Under the pieces are notes generated by a model. The model made no database searches, had not been told where the DNA came from, and saw only the letters and a program-made list of their open reading frames with translations. The translations under genes and the position numbers were made by a program. Source: an uncultured bacterium (GTDB lineage: Bacteria > SAR324 > NAC60-12). From it: a stretch of DNA of 64,000 nucleotides. The stretch is from the NCBI GenBank assembly GCA_965662235.1, contig CBFIGY010000001.1, positions 320,001 to 384,000 of the forward strand. Reading direction: 5' to 3'. This document shows, in pieces, positions 27,802 to 37,691 of the stretch (positions are counted from its first letter, which is position 1; every line of letters begins with the position of its first letter).

Positions 27802-29097
27802 ATGCCTAAAACTGTTTCCACCGTTTCCCGAGGTGCAGCTCCAGCTCGTGGAACTCAAGCCCCGCTTTTAGACTGGCGGTCCCGTGTTGCCCGTCGCTTG
27901 GTGATTCGGCAAATGGAGCGATTGGAGTATGGCAAGATCACCCTGATCGACGCCTGGGGCACCTACAGCTTTGGTCAGCTGAGCGCCCGCTGTCAGCTGC
28001 ACGTCACCCTGCATGTTCATGATGCTGCCCTCTACCGCTCGTTGATCTTTGGCGGCAGCATTGGTGTGGCCGAGTCGTACATGGCAGGGGAGTGGTCTGT
28101 GAGCCACCTGACGCACCTGGTGCGGATCTTTGTGGTCAACCGCGAGCTGCTGGATGGCATGGAAAAGGGGATGGCGCAACTCGGAGTCCTGCTGCACAAG
28201 GTCTACCACCTCACCCGCCGGAATTCCAAGCAGGGCAGCCGCCGGAACATTTCGGCTCACTACGACCTAGGCAACGACTTTTATCGGCTCTTTCTCGATG
28301 ACACGATGATGTATTCGGCAGCCGTGTTTGAGCAACCGGAGCAGAGCCTGTATGACGCTTCGGTCGCAAAGCTCGACCGCATCTGCCAGAAACTGGACCT
28401 GCAGCCTGGAGAACAGGTGGTGGAGATTGGAACCGGTTGGGGAGGGTTTGCGCTGCATGCAGCCCAACACTACGGGTGCCACGTCACCACCACCACGATC
28501 TCTCAGGAGCAGTACAATTACGCGCAGGACCGCATCCAGCAAGCCGGCCTGCAGGACCGTGTGACGCTGCTGCTGAACGACTACCGTGACCTGGAAGGCA
28601 CCTACGACAAGCTGGTCTCCATTGAGATGATCGAAGCGGTGGGGCACGAGTACTTCCCGAACTTCTTCCGGAAGTGCAGCTCCTTGCTGAAGCCGGATGG
28701 TCAGGGCCTCATTCAGGCGATCACGATTGATGATCGTCAGTATGAGGTCGCTAAAAATACGGTCGATTTCATTCAGCGTTACATTTTCCCTGGAGGCTGC
28801 CTGCCTTCTGTCAGTATCATGAGTGAAATGCTTCGCGATCACACTGACATGCGGGTCACGCACCTCGAGGACCTGACGCGGCACTACGCGCTCACCCTCA
28901 AGCACTGGCGCCACGCCTTTCTGGGACGCTTGGACGAGGTGCGGAACCTCGGATACTCAGAAGAGTTCATCCGCATGTGGGAGTACTACCTTTGCTACTG
29001 CGAGGGAGGCTTCCATGAACGCTTCATCGGGGTGGTGCACCTCATGTTTGCCAAGCCCTGGAACCGCCAACAGGAAGTGCTTCCTCCCCTCAACTGA
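27802..29097 (+). CDS. Cyclopropane-fatty-acyl-phospholipid synthase family methyltransferase (UfaM-like)
   Basis: NISAHYDLGNDF, MYS, EIGTGWGG, SIEMIEAVG, YIFPGG, WEYYLCYCEGGF. Confidence 0.92.
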   Translation: MPKTVSTVSRGAAPARGTQAPLLDWRSRVARRLVIRQMERLEYGKITLIDAWGTYSFGQLSARCQLHVTLHVHDAALYRSLIFGGSIGVAESYMAGEWSVSHLTHLVRIFVVNRELLDGMEKGMAQLGVLLHKVYHLTRRNSKQGSRRNISAHYDLGNDFYRLFLDDTMMYSAAVFEQPEQSLYDASVAKLDRICQKLDLQPGEQVVEIGTGWGGFALHAAQHYGCHVTTTTISQEQYNYAQDRIQQAGLQDRVTLLLNDYRDLEGTYDKLVSIEMIEAVGHEYFPNFFRKCSSLLKPDGQGLIQAITIDDRQYEVAKNTVDFIQRYIFPGGCLPSVSIMSEMLRDHTDMRVTHLEDLTRHYALTLKHWRHAFLGRLDEVRNLGYSEEFIRMWEYYLCYCEGGFHERFIGVVHLMFAKPWNRQQEVLPPLN

Positions 29098-29098
29098 T

Positions 29099-29120
29099 CT
29101 GGGAAGGACCTCCTTCCCAG
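29099..29120 (+). terminator. Stem-loop immediately after the cfa-like stop
   Basis: CTGGGAAGG-ACCT-CCTTCCCAG, 9-bp stem; weak U-tract. Confidence 0.5.
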
Positions 29121-29322
29121 TCTCGCTCAATCTGTAAGGTGTGCCCCCGTGCAGATTGAGCTCCTCCCTCCTTTTTCTGCAGATCTCCCAACATCCCCTG
29201 ATTTTTCGGAGCCCTATGGGCTTACGTATTTTTGCTAATCATCATTTAATTTGTTAAAAATCCCTTTGGTGGTAGTCTTATAGAAGGAAAAACTGCAACC
29301 TTCAGCCAAAGGCGACCGCGTC

Positions 29323-31998
29323 ATGTCGAATCATATTCTTGAGTCACTGTTCAACCCCCACTCCATTGCCATCTTTGGCGCCAGCGATCGTGAGAACTCG
29401 GTCGGCGGTCAGGTGCTGCAAAATGTGCTGAAGTCGGGGTATCAGGGAACCATCCTGCCCATCAACCCCAAGCATCGGGAGCTTCTGGGGCTGGAGGCTT
29501 TCCCGGACCTGAAGTCGACCGAGAGCACCCCCGACCTGGCCGTCATTGCGACACCGGCCCCGACGGTTCCGAACATCCTGCAGCAGTGCGGACAGAATGG
29601 CGTCCGGTCGGCGGTCATCCTCACGGCGGGCTTCCGTGAGGTCGGAAACGCGGGAAAGCGCCTGGAGCAGCAGGTGATGGACATTGCCCACACCTACGGC
29701 ATCCGCTTCATCGGTCCCAACTGCGTTGGCATCATGAGCCCACACATTGGGCTGAACGCGACCTTCAGCCGCAACCAGGGAATCCCTGGGAACATTGCGC
29801 TGGTTTCACAGTCCGGCGCCATCTGTACCGCCATTTTGGACTGGGCCGAGGCCAACTCCATCGGCTTCTCCCGGGTCATTTCCACCGGAATTGCAGCAGA
29901 CACCGACTTTGGAGAGGTGCTGGACTTCCTGGTGCAAGACACCAAAACCGACAGCATCCTCCTCTACATTGAAGGCCTCCACGAGTCCCGGAACTTCATG
30001 AGCGCTCTGCGAAAGGCGTCTCGCGTGAAGCCTGTCATTGCCATTAAGGCCGGACGTCACGCGGCGGGCTCCAAAGCCGCAATGTCGCACACAGGCGCCC
30101 TGGTGGGCATGGACGACGTGTTTGACGCCGCCCTGCGTCGCGCAGGTGTGGTGCGTGTGTTGACCACGACGCAGCTGTTTGATGCGGCCCGGATTCTGAC
30201 CTCGAAGCGGCGTGCTCACGGGGGACGCTTGGCCATCATTACCAACGCCGGAGGCCCCGGGGTGCTGGCAACCGACCTAGCTGCAGATCGGAAGATTGAA
30301 ATGGCTGAACTGAGCCAGCAGACCCTGGAACGGCTGAACGAGGTCCTCCCGGCAACCTGGCCAAAAGCCAACCCCGTGGACATCATTGGGGACGCGGGTC
30401 CGGAGCGCTACAAGCAGGCGCTGGAAATCTGCCTAGAGGCTCCTGAGATTGACGGCGTCCTGGTGGTTCTGACACCACAGGCGATGACGGATCCGCACAC
30501 CGTCGCAGAAGCCGTGGTGCAGCTTGACCCCAAGAAGCCCCTCATTACTTGCTGGATGGGAGAGTCCTTGGTGGAAAGCAGCCGGGACCTCTTTTCCAAG
30601 CACCACATCCCGACCTACACGTCTCCAGAAGCAGCAATTGAGGCCTTCAGCTACCTTGCCACTCACCACGAAAACCAGAAGCTCCTGCGCCAGACCGCAG
30701 AGGCCATGCCGCTTGAGGAAACCCCGGACGTGGAGCGGGCGCAGATGATCATCGAAGGAGCGCTGCAGGAGCGTCGCAAGGTGCTCACGGAGATGGAGTC
30801 AAAGGCCCTGCTGAGCGCCTTCCGGATTCCCATTACCCCCACCATGACGGCTCACTCGGCACAAGAGGCGCTGCTGCTTGCTTCTGAGCTGGGCTTTCCG
30901 GTGGTGCTCAAGGTGCACTCGCAGGAGATCTCCCACAAGTCGGATGTTGGAGGCGTTAAGCTCAACCTGAAGACCGCCCAAGAGGTCCGGTCGGCTTACA
31001 ATGAGATTCTGGAGAACGTCAAACGCTTCCGCCCAGAGGCCAAGGTGGATGGGGTATCGGTGCAGCCCATGGCCACCCTGCCGCACACACGGGAGCTGAT
31101 GATTGGCGTGCTCCGGGATGATGTCTTTGGACCGGTGATTTCGTTTGGTGGAGGAGGAACCGCGGTGGAGGTGTTCCGGGATCGCGCCGTCTCGCTGCCT
31201 CCGTTGAACCAGAAGCTGGCTGAGGACCTGGTCTCTCAGACCAAGGTGGCGCGGATGCTGAAGCAGTTCCGGAACTTCCCAGAGGCCGATGTGGAGACGC
31301 TCAAGCAGGTGCTTTGCCGGGTGTCTGAGATGGTGTGCGAGCTGCCGTGGATTGAGGAGATGGACATCAACCCGCTTCTGCTGGGCAGCGATGGCGTCCG
31401 GGCGGTGGACGCACGGGTGGTGGTCCGCTCGTTTGTTGAGTCGCACCGCTACAGCCACATGGCGATTCATCCGTATCCGGCTCACTTTGTCAAGGACTGG
31501 CAGCTGACAGACGGTACCCTTGTGCACATTCGGCCCATCCGTCCGGAAGATGCGGAGCTAGAGCGCGAATTCGTCAACAGCCTCTCTGAGCAGGCCAAGC
31601 TGTTCCGCTTTGGGCAGACCTTCAAGCAGATCTCCGCATCCATGCTGGAGCGCTTCACGCAGATTGACTATGACACCGAAATGGCGTTTGTCGCGGTCAT
31701 CCGCAACGGCAAGGAGGTGGAGATTGGCGTGGTCCGCTACATCATCCAGCCGGATGGGAAGAGCTGTGAGTTTGGCCTTGCCATCGCGGATGAGTGGCAG
31801 GGACGAGGCGTGGGACACAAGCTCATGAGCGAGCTGATGGCTGCAGCAAAGGAGCGTGGGCTTCAGCACATGATCGGCGAGGTCCGGACCGACAACTACC
31901 CGATGCTCAAGCTGATGGAGAGCCTAGAGTTTTCCATCCGGAACCATCCGGAAGACCCTGCCATCCGCCTGGTGGAGCGTCAGGTCAGCCGAGGCTGA
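29323..31998 (+). CDS. NDP-forming acyl-CoA synthetase-like / GNAT fusion (Pat/PatZ-type protein lysine acetyltransferase)
   Basis: CoA-binding domain, GPNC, SQSGA, SHTG, NPVDI, HKSDVGGV ATP-grasp, and C-terminal GNAT (RPIRPED, QGRGVG). Confidence 0.9.
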   Translation: MSNHILESLFNPHSIAIFGASDRENSVGGQVLQNVLKSGYQGTILPINPKHRELLGLEAFPDLKSTESTPDLAVIATPAPTVPNILQQCGQNGVRSAVILTAGFREVGNAGKRLEQQVMDIAHTYGIRFIGPNCVGIMSPHIGLNATFSRNQGIPGNIALVSQSGAICTAILDWAEANSIGFSRVISTGIAADTDFGEVLDFLVQDTKTDSILLYIEGLHESRNFMSALRKASRVKPVIAIKAGRHAAGSKAAMSHTGALVGMDDVFDAALRRAGVVRVLTTTQLFDAARILTSKRRAHGGRLAIITNAGGPGVLATDLAADRKIEMAELSQQTLERLNEVLPATWPKANPVDIIGDAGPERYKQALEICLEAPEIDGVLVVLTPQAMTDPHTVAEAVVQLDPKKPLITCWMGESLVESSRDLFSKHHIPTYTSPEAAIEAFSYLATHHENQKLLRQTAEAMPLEETPDVERAQMIIEGALQERRKVLTEMESKALLSAFRIPITPTMTAHSAQEALLLASELGFPVVLKVHSQEISHKSDVGGVKLNLKTAQEVRSAYNEILENVKRFRPEAKVDGVSVQPMATLPHTRELMIGVLRDDVFGPVISFGGGGTAVEVFRDRAVSLPPLNQKLAEDLVSQTKVARMLKQFRNFPEADVETLKQVLCRVSEMVCELPWIEEMDINPLLLGSDGVRAVDARVVVRSFVESHRYSHMAIHPYPAHFVKDWQLTDGTLVHIRPIRPEDAELEREFVNSLSEQAKLFRFGQTFKQISASMLERFTQIDYDTEMAFVAVIRNGKEVEIGVVRYIIQPDGKSCEFGLAIADEWQGRGVGHKLMSELMAAAKERGLQHMIGEVRTDNYPMLKLMESLEFSIRNHPEDPAIRLVERQVSRG

Positions 31999-32008
31999 CT
32001 GCAGAAGC

Positions 32009-33244
32009 TCAGGTGACGGCAGCTCGCTGCTGAAACTCCGGGCGGTCCCAGCGTCGCTCGGAGAGAATCCGCCGCAAGTGCTCCACCGCGGTGCCCACCT
32101 GCTGAAAGCTGAGGTAGAGCGGGGCAAACCCGAAACGCATCAGGTTGGGAGCCCGGAAGTCGCCAATCACGCCCTCAGCAATCAGTGCCTGCATGATCGC
32201 GTAGGCCTCTTCATGGGCAAAGCTCACCTGAGACCCCCGCTCTTCCGGACGCCGTGGGGTCACCAACTCCAGACCCCATCCGGCGCAGCGGTCTTCCACC
32301 AACTCCAGAAAGAGCTGAGTGAGCTGCTCAGACTTCTTCCGGATCCCCTCCATTTCGATTCCCTCAAACACCTCCAGCGCTGCTTCCAGTGCGCTCATCC
32401 CCAGAACCGTTGGCGTGCCGCAGAGCAACCGGTCTGCTCCGGAAGCGGGAGTATAGCGTGTTTCAAAGGCGAAGGGTTGCGCATGCCCCAGCCAGCCGGA
32501 GAGGGGCTGCTGCAGGGACTCCTGATGCCGCTGGGCGACGTAGACGAACGCCGGTGCTCCCGGGCCGCCGTTGAGGTACTTGTATCCGCACCCCACTGCA
32601 AAATCCGCTTCACTGCCATTCAGATCCACCGGCACCGCGCCAGCGCTGTGGGCCAAGTCCCAGATGATGAAGGCGCCAACGTCGTGCGCCTTCCGCGTGA
32701 CCGCTTTCAGGTCGTGGAGCCGCCCCGTCCGGTAGTCAACCTGGGTCAGCAGCACAACGGCGACCTGCTCGTCCAGCGCCTCCAGGACGGCTTCAGGCTC
32801 AACCAGCTTGAGGGTGCGGGACCGGCTTTCCTGCTGCAGGACGCCTTCGGCAATGTAGAGGTCTGAGGGAAAGTTGCCGGTGTCGCTGAGGACCACCGGT
32901 CGGTCTGCACAGAGCTTCAGCGCGGCCGAGAGCACCTTGAAGAGGTTGATGGAAGTGGAATCAGCGGCCCGGACCTCCTCGGGCTGAGCGCCAATCAGTC
33001 GGGCGATGCGGGCACCGACTCGCTGCGGGAGATGCAGCCAGTCTGCGGTGTTCCAGCTGCGGATCAGTCCCTCGCCCCACTCCTGCTGAATGACCTGCTG
33101 AAGGCGAGCAGCAACGTTCCGGGGCAGCGGGCCCAGGGAGTTTCCGTCAAGGTACAGAACCCCTTCCGGGAGGGAAAAGAGGTCACGGGTGGACGAAAGG
33201 GGATCCTGCTGGTCAAGGAGGGCTAAGTCGGAAAATACGGCCAT
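32009..33244 (-). CDS. kynU: Kynureninase
   Basis: YLDGNSLG, WDLAHSAG, GCGYKYLNGGPG, RGSQVS, DFRAP. Confidence 0.95.
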   Translation of the reverse strand: MAVFSDLALLDQQDPLSSTRDLFSLPEGVLYLDGNSLGPLPRNVAARLQQVIQQEWGEGLIRSWNTADWLHLPQRVGARIARLIGAQPEEVRAADSTSINLFKVLSAALKLCADRPVVLSDTGNFPSDLYIAEGVLQQESRSRTLKLVEPEAVLEALDEQVAVVLLTQVDYRTGRLHDLKAVTRKAHDVGAFIIWDLAHSAGAVPVDLNGSEADFAVGCGYKYLNGGPGAPAFVYVAQRHQESLQQPLSGWLGHAQPFAFETRYTPASGADRLLCGTPTVLGMSALEAALEVFEGIEMEGIRKKSEQLTQLFLELVEDRCAGWGLELVTPRRPEERGSQVSFAHEEAYAIMQALIAEGVIGDFRAPNLMRFGFAPLYLSFQQVGTAVEHLRRILSERRWDRPEFQQRAAVT

Positions 33245-33422
33245 GGTTCATTCCGGAGGCAAAGGAGGTGAAGAGAAAGCGCCTTGGCGCTGCGTGTGCG
33301 CTGTTGTCAGCTTGCGCCTCTTCAGGAAGTGGTGTTAGCTTGGCAAATCTTTTCTCACTGCATGCGTGCTTCATCCTGAGGCAAGGCAGCCGATAGCTTA
33401 CAAACAGGTCAGACAAAATAAA

Positions 33423-34895
33423 ATGGAACATTACGATTTGTGTGTGATTGGAGGGGGGCCCTCCGGATATGCGTCAGCCATGCGGGCCGTGGATTATGGG
33501 AAGAAGGTGCTGTTGCTGGAGCGGAATCGCGTGGGCGGAGCCGGCATTTACAACGGGGCGCTGTCGTCGAAAACCTTCTGGGAGCTTTCTCAGAGCGTGG
33601 CAACCATGCACCGTCAGCTGAACAGCTTTGGCCTCGAGGTTCCGAAGATCCACTTTGGCAGCATCCTCAAGGAGGTGGATGACGCAGTGTTTGAGCGCTC
33701 CTCGCAGCTGGAAGACCACCTGCGCCGTGTGGAAAAGGAAAGCGACGGTCAATTCCGTTTTGTCCGAGGCTCCGGACGGCTGCTGAACCCGAATGAGGTG
33801 GAAGTCCGGGGAGACTTTGACCCGTTTGTGGTTCAGGCGGATCACACGATTGTGGCAACCGGAAGCCGCCCCCGTCAGCTACCGAATGTCCCAATTGATG
33901 AGCGGACCATTTTGACAAGCGACGGCATTGGCTCCCTCCGCGAGTTTCCGGAGAGCATTGTCATCGTCGGGGCCGGGGTCATTGGTTGTGAATTTGCCAC
34001 CATCTTTTCTGCGTTTGGCCGCACCAACGTACGCCTGATTGCCCGTGATGATCACATTCTTCCCTTTGAGGACCGGGACCTCTCTCGGGTCATTGAGGAG
34101 AACATGGAGTCCAACGGCGTGCTCATTCACCGCAACGCAAGCCTGGTGTCCATGGACATCATTCACGGGCGCGTTCACTACGTCATCTCGTATCCGGACG
34201 GTAGCGAAGAGGCTTTTGAGGCAGAGAAGGCGCTCATTTCCATTGGGCGGGTGCCCAACATTGAAAACACCGGCCTGAAGGACCTGCAGGTAAACCTCGA
34301 CCGAGGAGGGTGTGTGGACGATGACGACACGCAGACGAACATTGGCAACATCTACGCGGTGGGAGACATGACCGCGGACATTGCGCTCGTGAACGTCGGG
34401 GAGCTGGAGGGACGGCATGCGGTGGAGCGCATCTTCGGGAATGCCCAGAACCGGCTCATCTATGAAAACATCTCGACCATCATGTTCCTCAGTCCCGAAG
34501 TCGCGGGCGTTGGCATGAACGAGCAGCAGGCGCAGAAGGCCGGCATTCCGTACCGAGTGGCCAGCTTTGACTTCCGGTGCATTCCACGGGCGGTGGCCAT
34601 GAGGCGGACCCAGGGCTTCTTCAAGATTCTGGTGACCGATGATGAGGAGATGCGCATTTTGGGAATGCGAGCCCTTGGTGAGCATGCGTCTTCAGCCATT
34701 CAGGCAGTGGCGCTGCTGATTTCAATGAACAAGGGCATTGAGGAGCTGGCGGAGTTGATTCACCCGCATCCCTCCATCATTGAGGGAATTCAGGAGTGCG
34801 TCCGCATGCTCCTCGGGAAGTCCATCTACAAGCCGTCCATCTTCAACGAGATGCTCCGGCTGCAAAGCTGGAAAGACGGGCACTACGTCTCTTGA
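33423..34895 (+). CDS. Pyridine nucleotide-disulfide oxidoreductase family flavoprotein (Lpd/SthA-like) lacking the redox cysteines
   Basis: GGGPSG, ATGSRP, GAGVIGCE, IYAVGD, HPHPSIIE; GGAGIYNGALSSK replaces GGxCxxxGCxPSK. Confidence 0.82.
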   Translation: MEHYDLCVIGGGPSGYASAMRAVDYGKKVLLLERNRVGGAGIYNGALSSKTFWELSQSVATMHRQLNSFGLEVPKIHFGSILKEVDDAVFERSSQLEDHLRRVEKESDGQFRFVRGSGRLLNPNEVEVRGDFDPFVVQADHTIVATGSRPRQLPNVPIDERTILTSDGIGSLREFPESIVIVGAGVIGCEFATIFSAFGRTNVRLIARDDHILPFEDRDLSRVIEENMESNGVLIHRNASLVSMDIIHGRVHYVISYPDGSEEAFEAEKALISIGRVPNIENTGLKDLQVNLDRGGCVDDDDTQTNIGNIYAVGDMTADIALVNVGELEGRHAVERIFGNAQNRLIYENISTIMFLSPEVAGVGMNEQQAQKAGIPYRVASFDFRCIPRAVAMRRTQGFFKILVTDDEEMRILGMRALGEHASSAIQAVALLISMNKGIEELAELIHPHPSIIEGIQECVRMLLGKSIYKPSIFNEMLRLQSWKDGHYVS

Positions 34896-35809
34896 CGGCG
34901 CTGATTGGCTTGGACTGGGGCACCACCTCGCTCCGGGCGTATCGGTTGGACGCCTCCGGCGCAGTGCAGGAGGTCCGGTCGGGCCCGCACGGTGTGCTGC
35001 AGGTTCCGGCAGGAGGCTTTGAGGCGATTCTGACCGAGTGGATCGGAGACTGGCTGAAGCCAGATCTGCCGATCCTAGCATCGGGCATGGTGGGAAGCCG
35101 CCAGGGCTGGGTGGAGGTTCCTTACCAACGGCTTCCCTGTGGACCAGAAGAGCTGGCTGCGCACCTGCTGCCGGTGCCGCTGCAGAGTGGAGGAATGGTG
35201 CAGATCGTTCCGGGCGTGTGCGATGAAGACGCCCGGGGGCACCGAGACGTCATGCGTGGCGAGGAGACGCAGGTCATTGGGACGGCTGTCTCGTCTGGGC
35301 TGCTGATCCTTCCGGGGTCACACAGCAAGTGGGTGCAGGTGCAGAACGGACGCCTGGAGCGGCACCGGACGTTTCTGACAGGAGAGCTCTTTGCGGCCCT
35401 CCACCAGCACACGCTGCTGGGACGCCTGATGACGTCCACAGACCCTCACCCGGAAGCCTTTGCCCGAGGTGTGGAAGAGGCGCAGCAGGAAGCAGGGGCG
35501 TCCGGAGGCCTGCTGCACCAGCTCTTTGGAGTCCGGACGCTGGGACTGTTTGAGCAGCTTCCGGCGGAGGGCCTGTACGATTACCTTTCCGGACTGCTCA
35601 TTGGCACAGAGATTCGGGACGCGCACACCGCCTTTCCGGACGCCGCTCAGGCCCCGGTGCTGGTTGTGGGAACCGATGCCCTCAGCGAACGGTACCGTCA
35701 CGCCCTCACCCTTGCGGGAGTGGCCAATGAAGCAGGGCCTCCCGAGGCAGCAGCACGAGGGCTGTTCCACCTGGCCCGGCTCCAGGCCGGAGCCTCTTCA
35801 CTTCCTTAG
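34892..35809 (+). CDS. dgoK: 2-dehydro-3-deoxygalactonokinase
   Basis: DWGTTSLR, GMVGSRQGW, DVMRGEETQ, PGSHSKW, TGELF; TTG start overlapping the upstream TGA. Confidence 0.9.
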   Translation: MTALIGLDWGTTSLRAYRLDASGAVQEVRSGPHGVLQVPAGGFEAILTEWIGDWLKPDLPILASGMVGSRQGWVEVPYQRLPCGPEELAAHLLPVPLQSGGMVQIVPGVCDEDARGHRDVMRGEETQVIGTAVSSGLLILPGSHSKWVQVQNGRLERHRTFLTGELFAALHQHTLLGRLMTSTDPHPEAFARGVEEAQQEAGASGGLLHQLFGVRTLGLFEQLPAEGLYDYLSGLLIGTEIRDAHTAFPDAAQAPVLVVGTDALSERYRHALTLAGVANEAGPPEAAARGLFHLARLQAGASSLP

Positions 35810-35817
35810 ACTCATCC

Positions 35818-36600
35818 ATGAGGCAGAGCATGACGCAGGCAGTGTATCCGGACCTGAAGGACCGGGTGGTTCTCATCACCGGTGGAGCAACAGGCATTGG
35901 CGCATCCATTGTGGAAGCGTTTGTGGAGCAAGGCAGCCACGTGGCCTTTCTCGACATCCAGGAGCAGGCGGGGAAGGAATGGGCGTCTCAGCTTTCTGTC
36001 CGGGAAGTCGGACCGTCTCCGCTGTTTGTGCTCTGTGACCTGACGGATCCGCAGGCCATTCAGGGGGCCGTGAAGCAGGTGGAGGACTGGTTTGGCCCCA
36101 TCCGGGTGCTGGTGAACAATGCCGCAAACGACGAACGGCATGACGCGAGTGCAGTGACGCCGGATTACTGGGAGGAGTGCTTTCGCCGGAACCTGAACCA
36201 CTATTTTTACCTCGCCCAAGCCGTTTATGATAAAATGGCGGACGCTGGTGGAGGGTCCATCATTAATCTCGGCTCCGTCAGCTGGCGGATTGCTCAGGGC
36301 GACATGCCGGGCTACACCACGGCGAAAGCAGCGGTGGAGGGCCTCACGGTCAGCCTAGCCCGGGCCTATGGCGCACAGCAGATTCGGGTGAACTGCATTG
36401 TGCCAGGGTCCGTTCCCACTGAGCGACAGATCCGAGAGGTCCTGACTCCGGAAGTCCGGCAGTACCTAATGGAGCACCAGTGCCTGCCTGGAATGATCAC
36501 CCCACACGATATTGCGCAAATGGCGCTGTTCTTAGGCTCAGATGTGAGCCGTTTTTGCACACGAGGCATCTACACCGTTGATGCTGGGCTGGGAGCTTAG
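35818..36600 (+). CDS. SDR family sugar dehydrogenase (D-galactose/D-xylose/L-arabinose 1-dehydrogenase-like)
   Basis: YPDL, TGGATGIG, NNAANDERH, YTTAK, TERQ; lies between dgoK and galT. Confidence 0.82.
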   Translation: MRQSMTQAVYPDLKDRVVLITGGATGIGASIVEAFVEQGSHVAFLDIQEQAGKEWASQLSVREVGPSPLFVLCDLTDPQAIQGAVKQVEDWFGPIRVLVNNAANDERHDASAVTPDYWEECFRRNLNHYFYLAQAVYDKMADAGGGSIINLGSVSWRIAQGDMPGYTTAKAAVEGLTVSLARAYGAQQIRVNCIVPGSVPTERQIREVLTPEVRQYLMEHQCLPGMITPHDIAQMALFLGSDVSRFCTRGIYTVDAGLGA

Positions 36601-36632
36601 CAGGCAGGTGCCCACTTTGAGTTCTGAAAACC

Positions 36633-37691
36633 GTGTCGTTACCCTCATTTGACCCCAAAGACCACCCGCACCGCCGTTACAACCCGCTCACTGGCCAGTG
36701 GATCCTGGTCTCCCCTCATCGGGCAAAGCGTCCGTGGAGTGGCCAGAACGAAGCCCCTTCGGGGGCTCAGCCCCCTGCTTATGACCCAAAGTGCTACCTG
36801 TGTCCCGGCAACGAACGCATCTCCGGAGACCGCAACCCTGCCTACACGGAGACATTTGTCTTCACCAACGATTTTGGGGCTCTGCTGCCCACCACCCCAC
36901 CGGCATCCGTCCAGGACCATCCCCTGTTTCGGCTAGAAAGCGTGCAGGGGGTCAGTCGAGTAATCTGCTTTTCTCCTGACCACAGCAAGACGCTTCCGGA
37001 GCTTCCGGAGTCTGCCATCCGAGGGGTGATTGCAACTTGGGAGGCTGAGATTGAGCGCCTGTCTCAGGAGTACCTCTGGGTGATGGTGTTTGAGAACAAG
37101 GGCGAGGTCATGGGGTGCTCCCAGCCACATCCGCATGGACAGGTTTGGGCCAACAGCTTTCTGCCGAATGAAATTGAGCGCAAGGACCAGCTGCTCAAGG
37201 CCTACTTTGAGGAGCAGGGCTCGAACCTGCTGGTGGATTATGCCCAGGCGGAACGTGCAGATGGCGCCCGGACCGTTTTGGAGACGGAGCATTGGCTGGC
37301 TGTGGTTCCGTGGTGGGCGGCATGGCCCTTTGAGACGCTCTTGCTTCCCAAAGCGGAGGCGCATCGGTTCAGTGACCTGACGGAGCCGCAGCGTCAGGAC
37401 CTTGCAACCGCCCTGAAGCGCCTGACCACCCGCTACGACAACCTCTTCGAGTGCTCCTTCCCCTACTCCATGGGGTGGCACTTTGCCCCGTTCTTTTCTG
37501 CTGAAACCGACATTCGCCATTGGCAGCTGCACGCTTTGTTTTACCCGCCTCTGCTCCGGTCGGCAACGGTCCGGAAGTTCATGGTGGGGTACGAGATGCT
37601 CGCTGAGCCCCAACGCGACCTGACCCCTGAGCAAGCTGCGGAACGCCTCCGGGCCCTCAGTGAACACCATTACAAACAGACCTCCTCATGA
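36633..37691 (+). CDS. galT: Galactose-1-phosphate uridylyltransferase
   Basis: [34 protein letters not shown]. Confidence 0.96.
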   Translation: MSLPSFDPKDHPHRRYNPLTGQWILVSPHRAKRPWSGQNEAPSGAQPPAYDPKCYLCPGNERISGDRNPAYTETFVFTNDFGALLPTTPPASVQDHPLFRLESVQGVSRVICFSPDHSKTLPELPESAIRGVIATWEAEIERLSQEYLWVMVFENKGEVMGCSQPHPHGQVWANSFLPNEIERKDQLLKAYFEEQGSNLLVDYAQAERADGARTVLETEHWLAVVPWWAAWPFETLLLPKAEAHRFSDLTEPQRQDLATALKRLTTRYDNLFECSFPYSMGWHFAPFFSAETDIRHWQLHALFYPPLLRSATVRKFMVGYEMLAEPQRDLTPEQAAERLRALSEHHYKQTSS

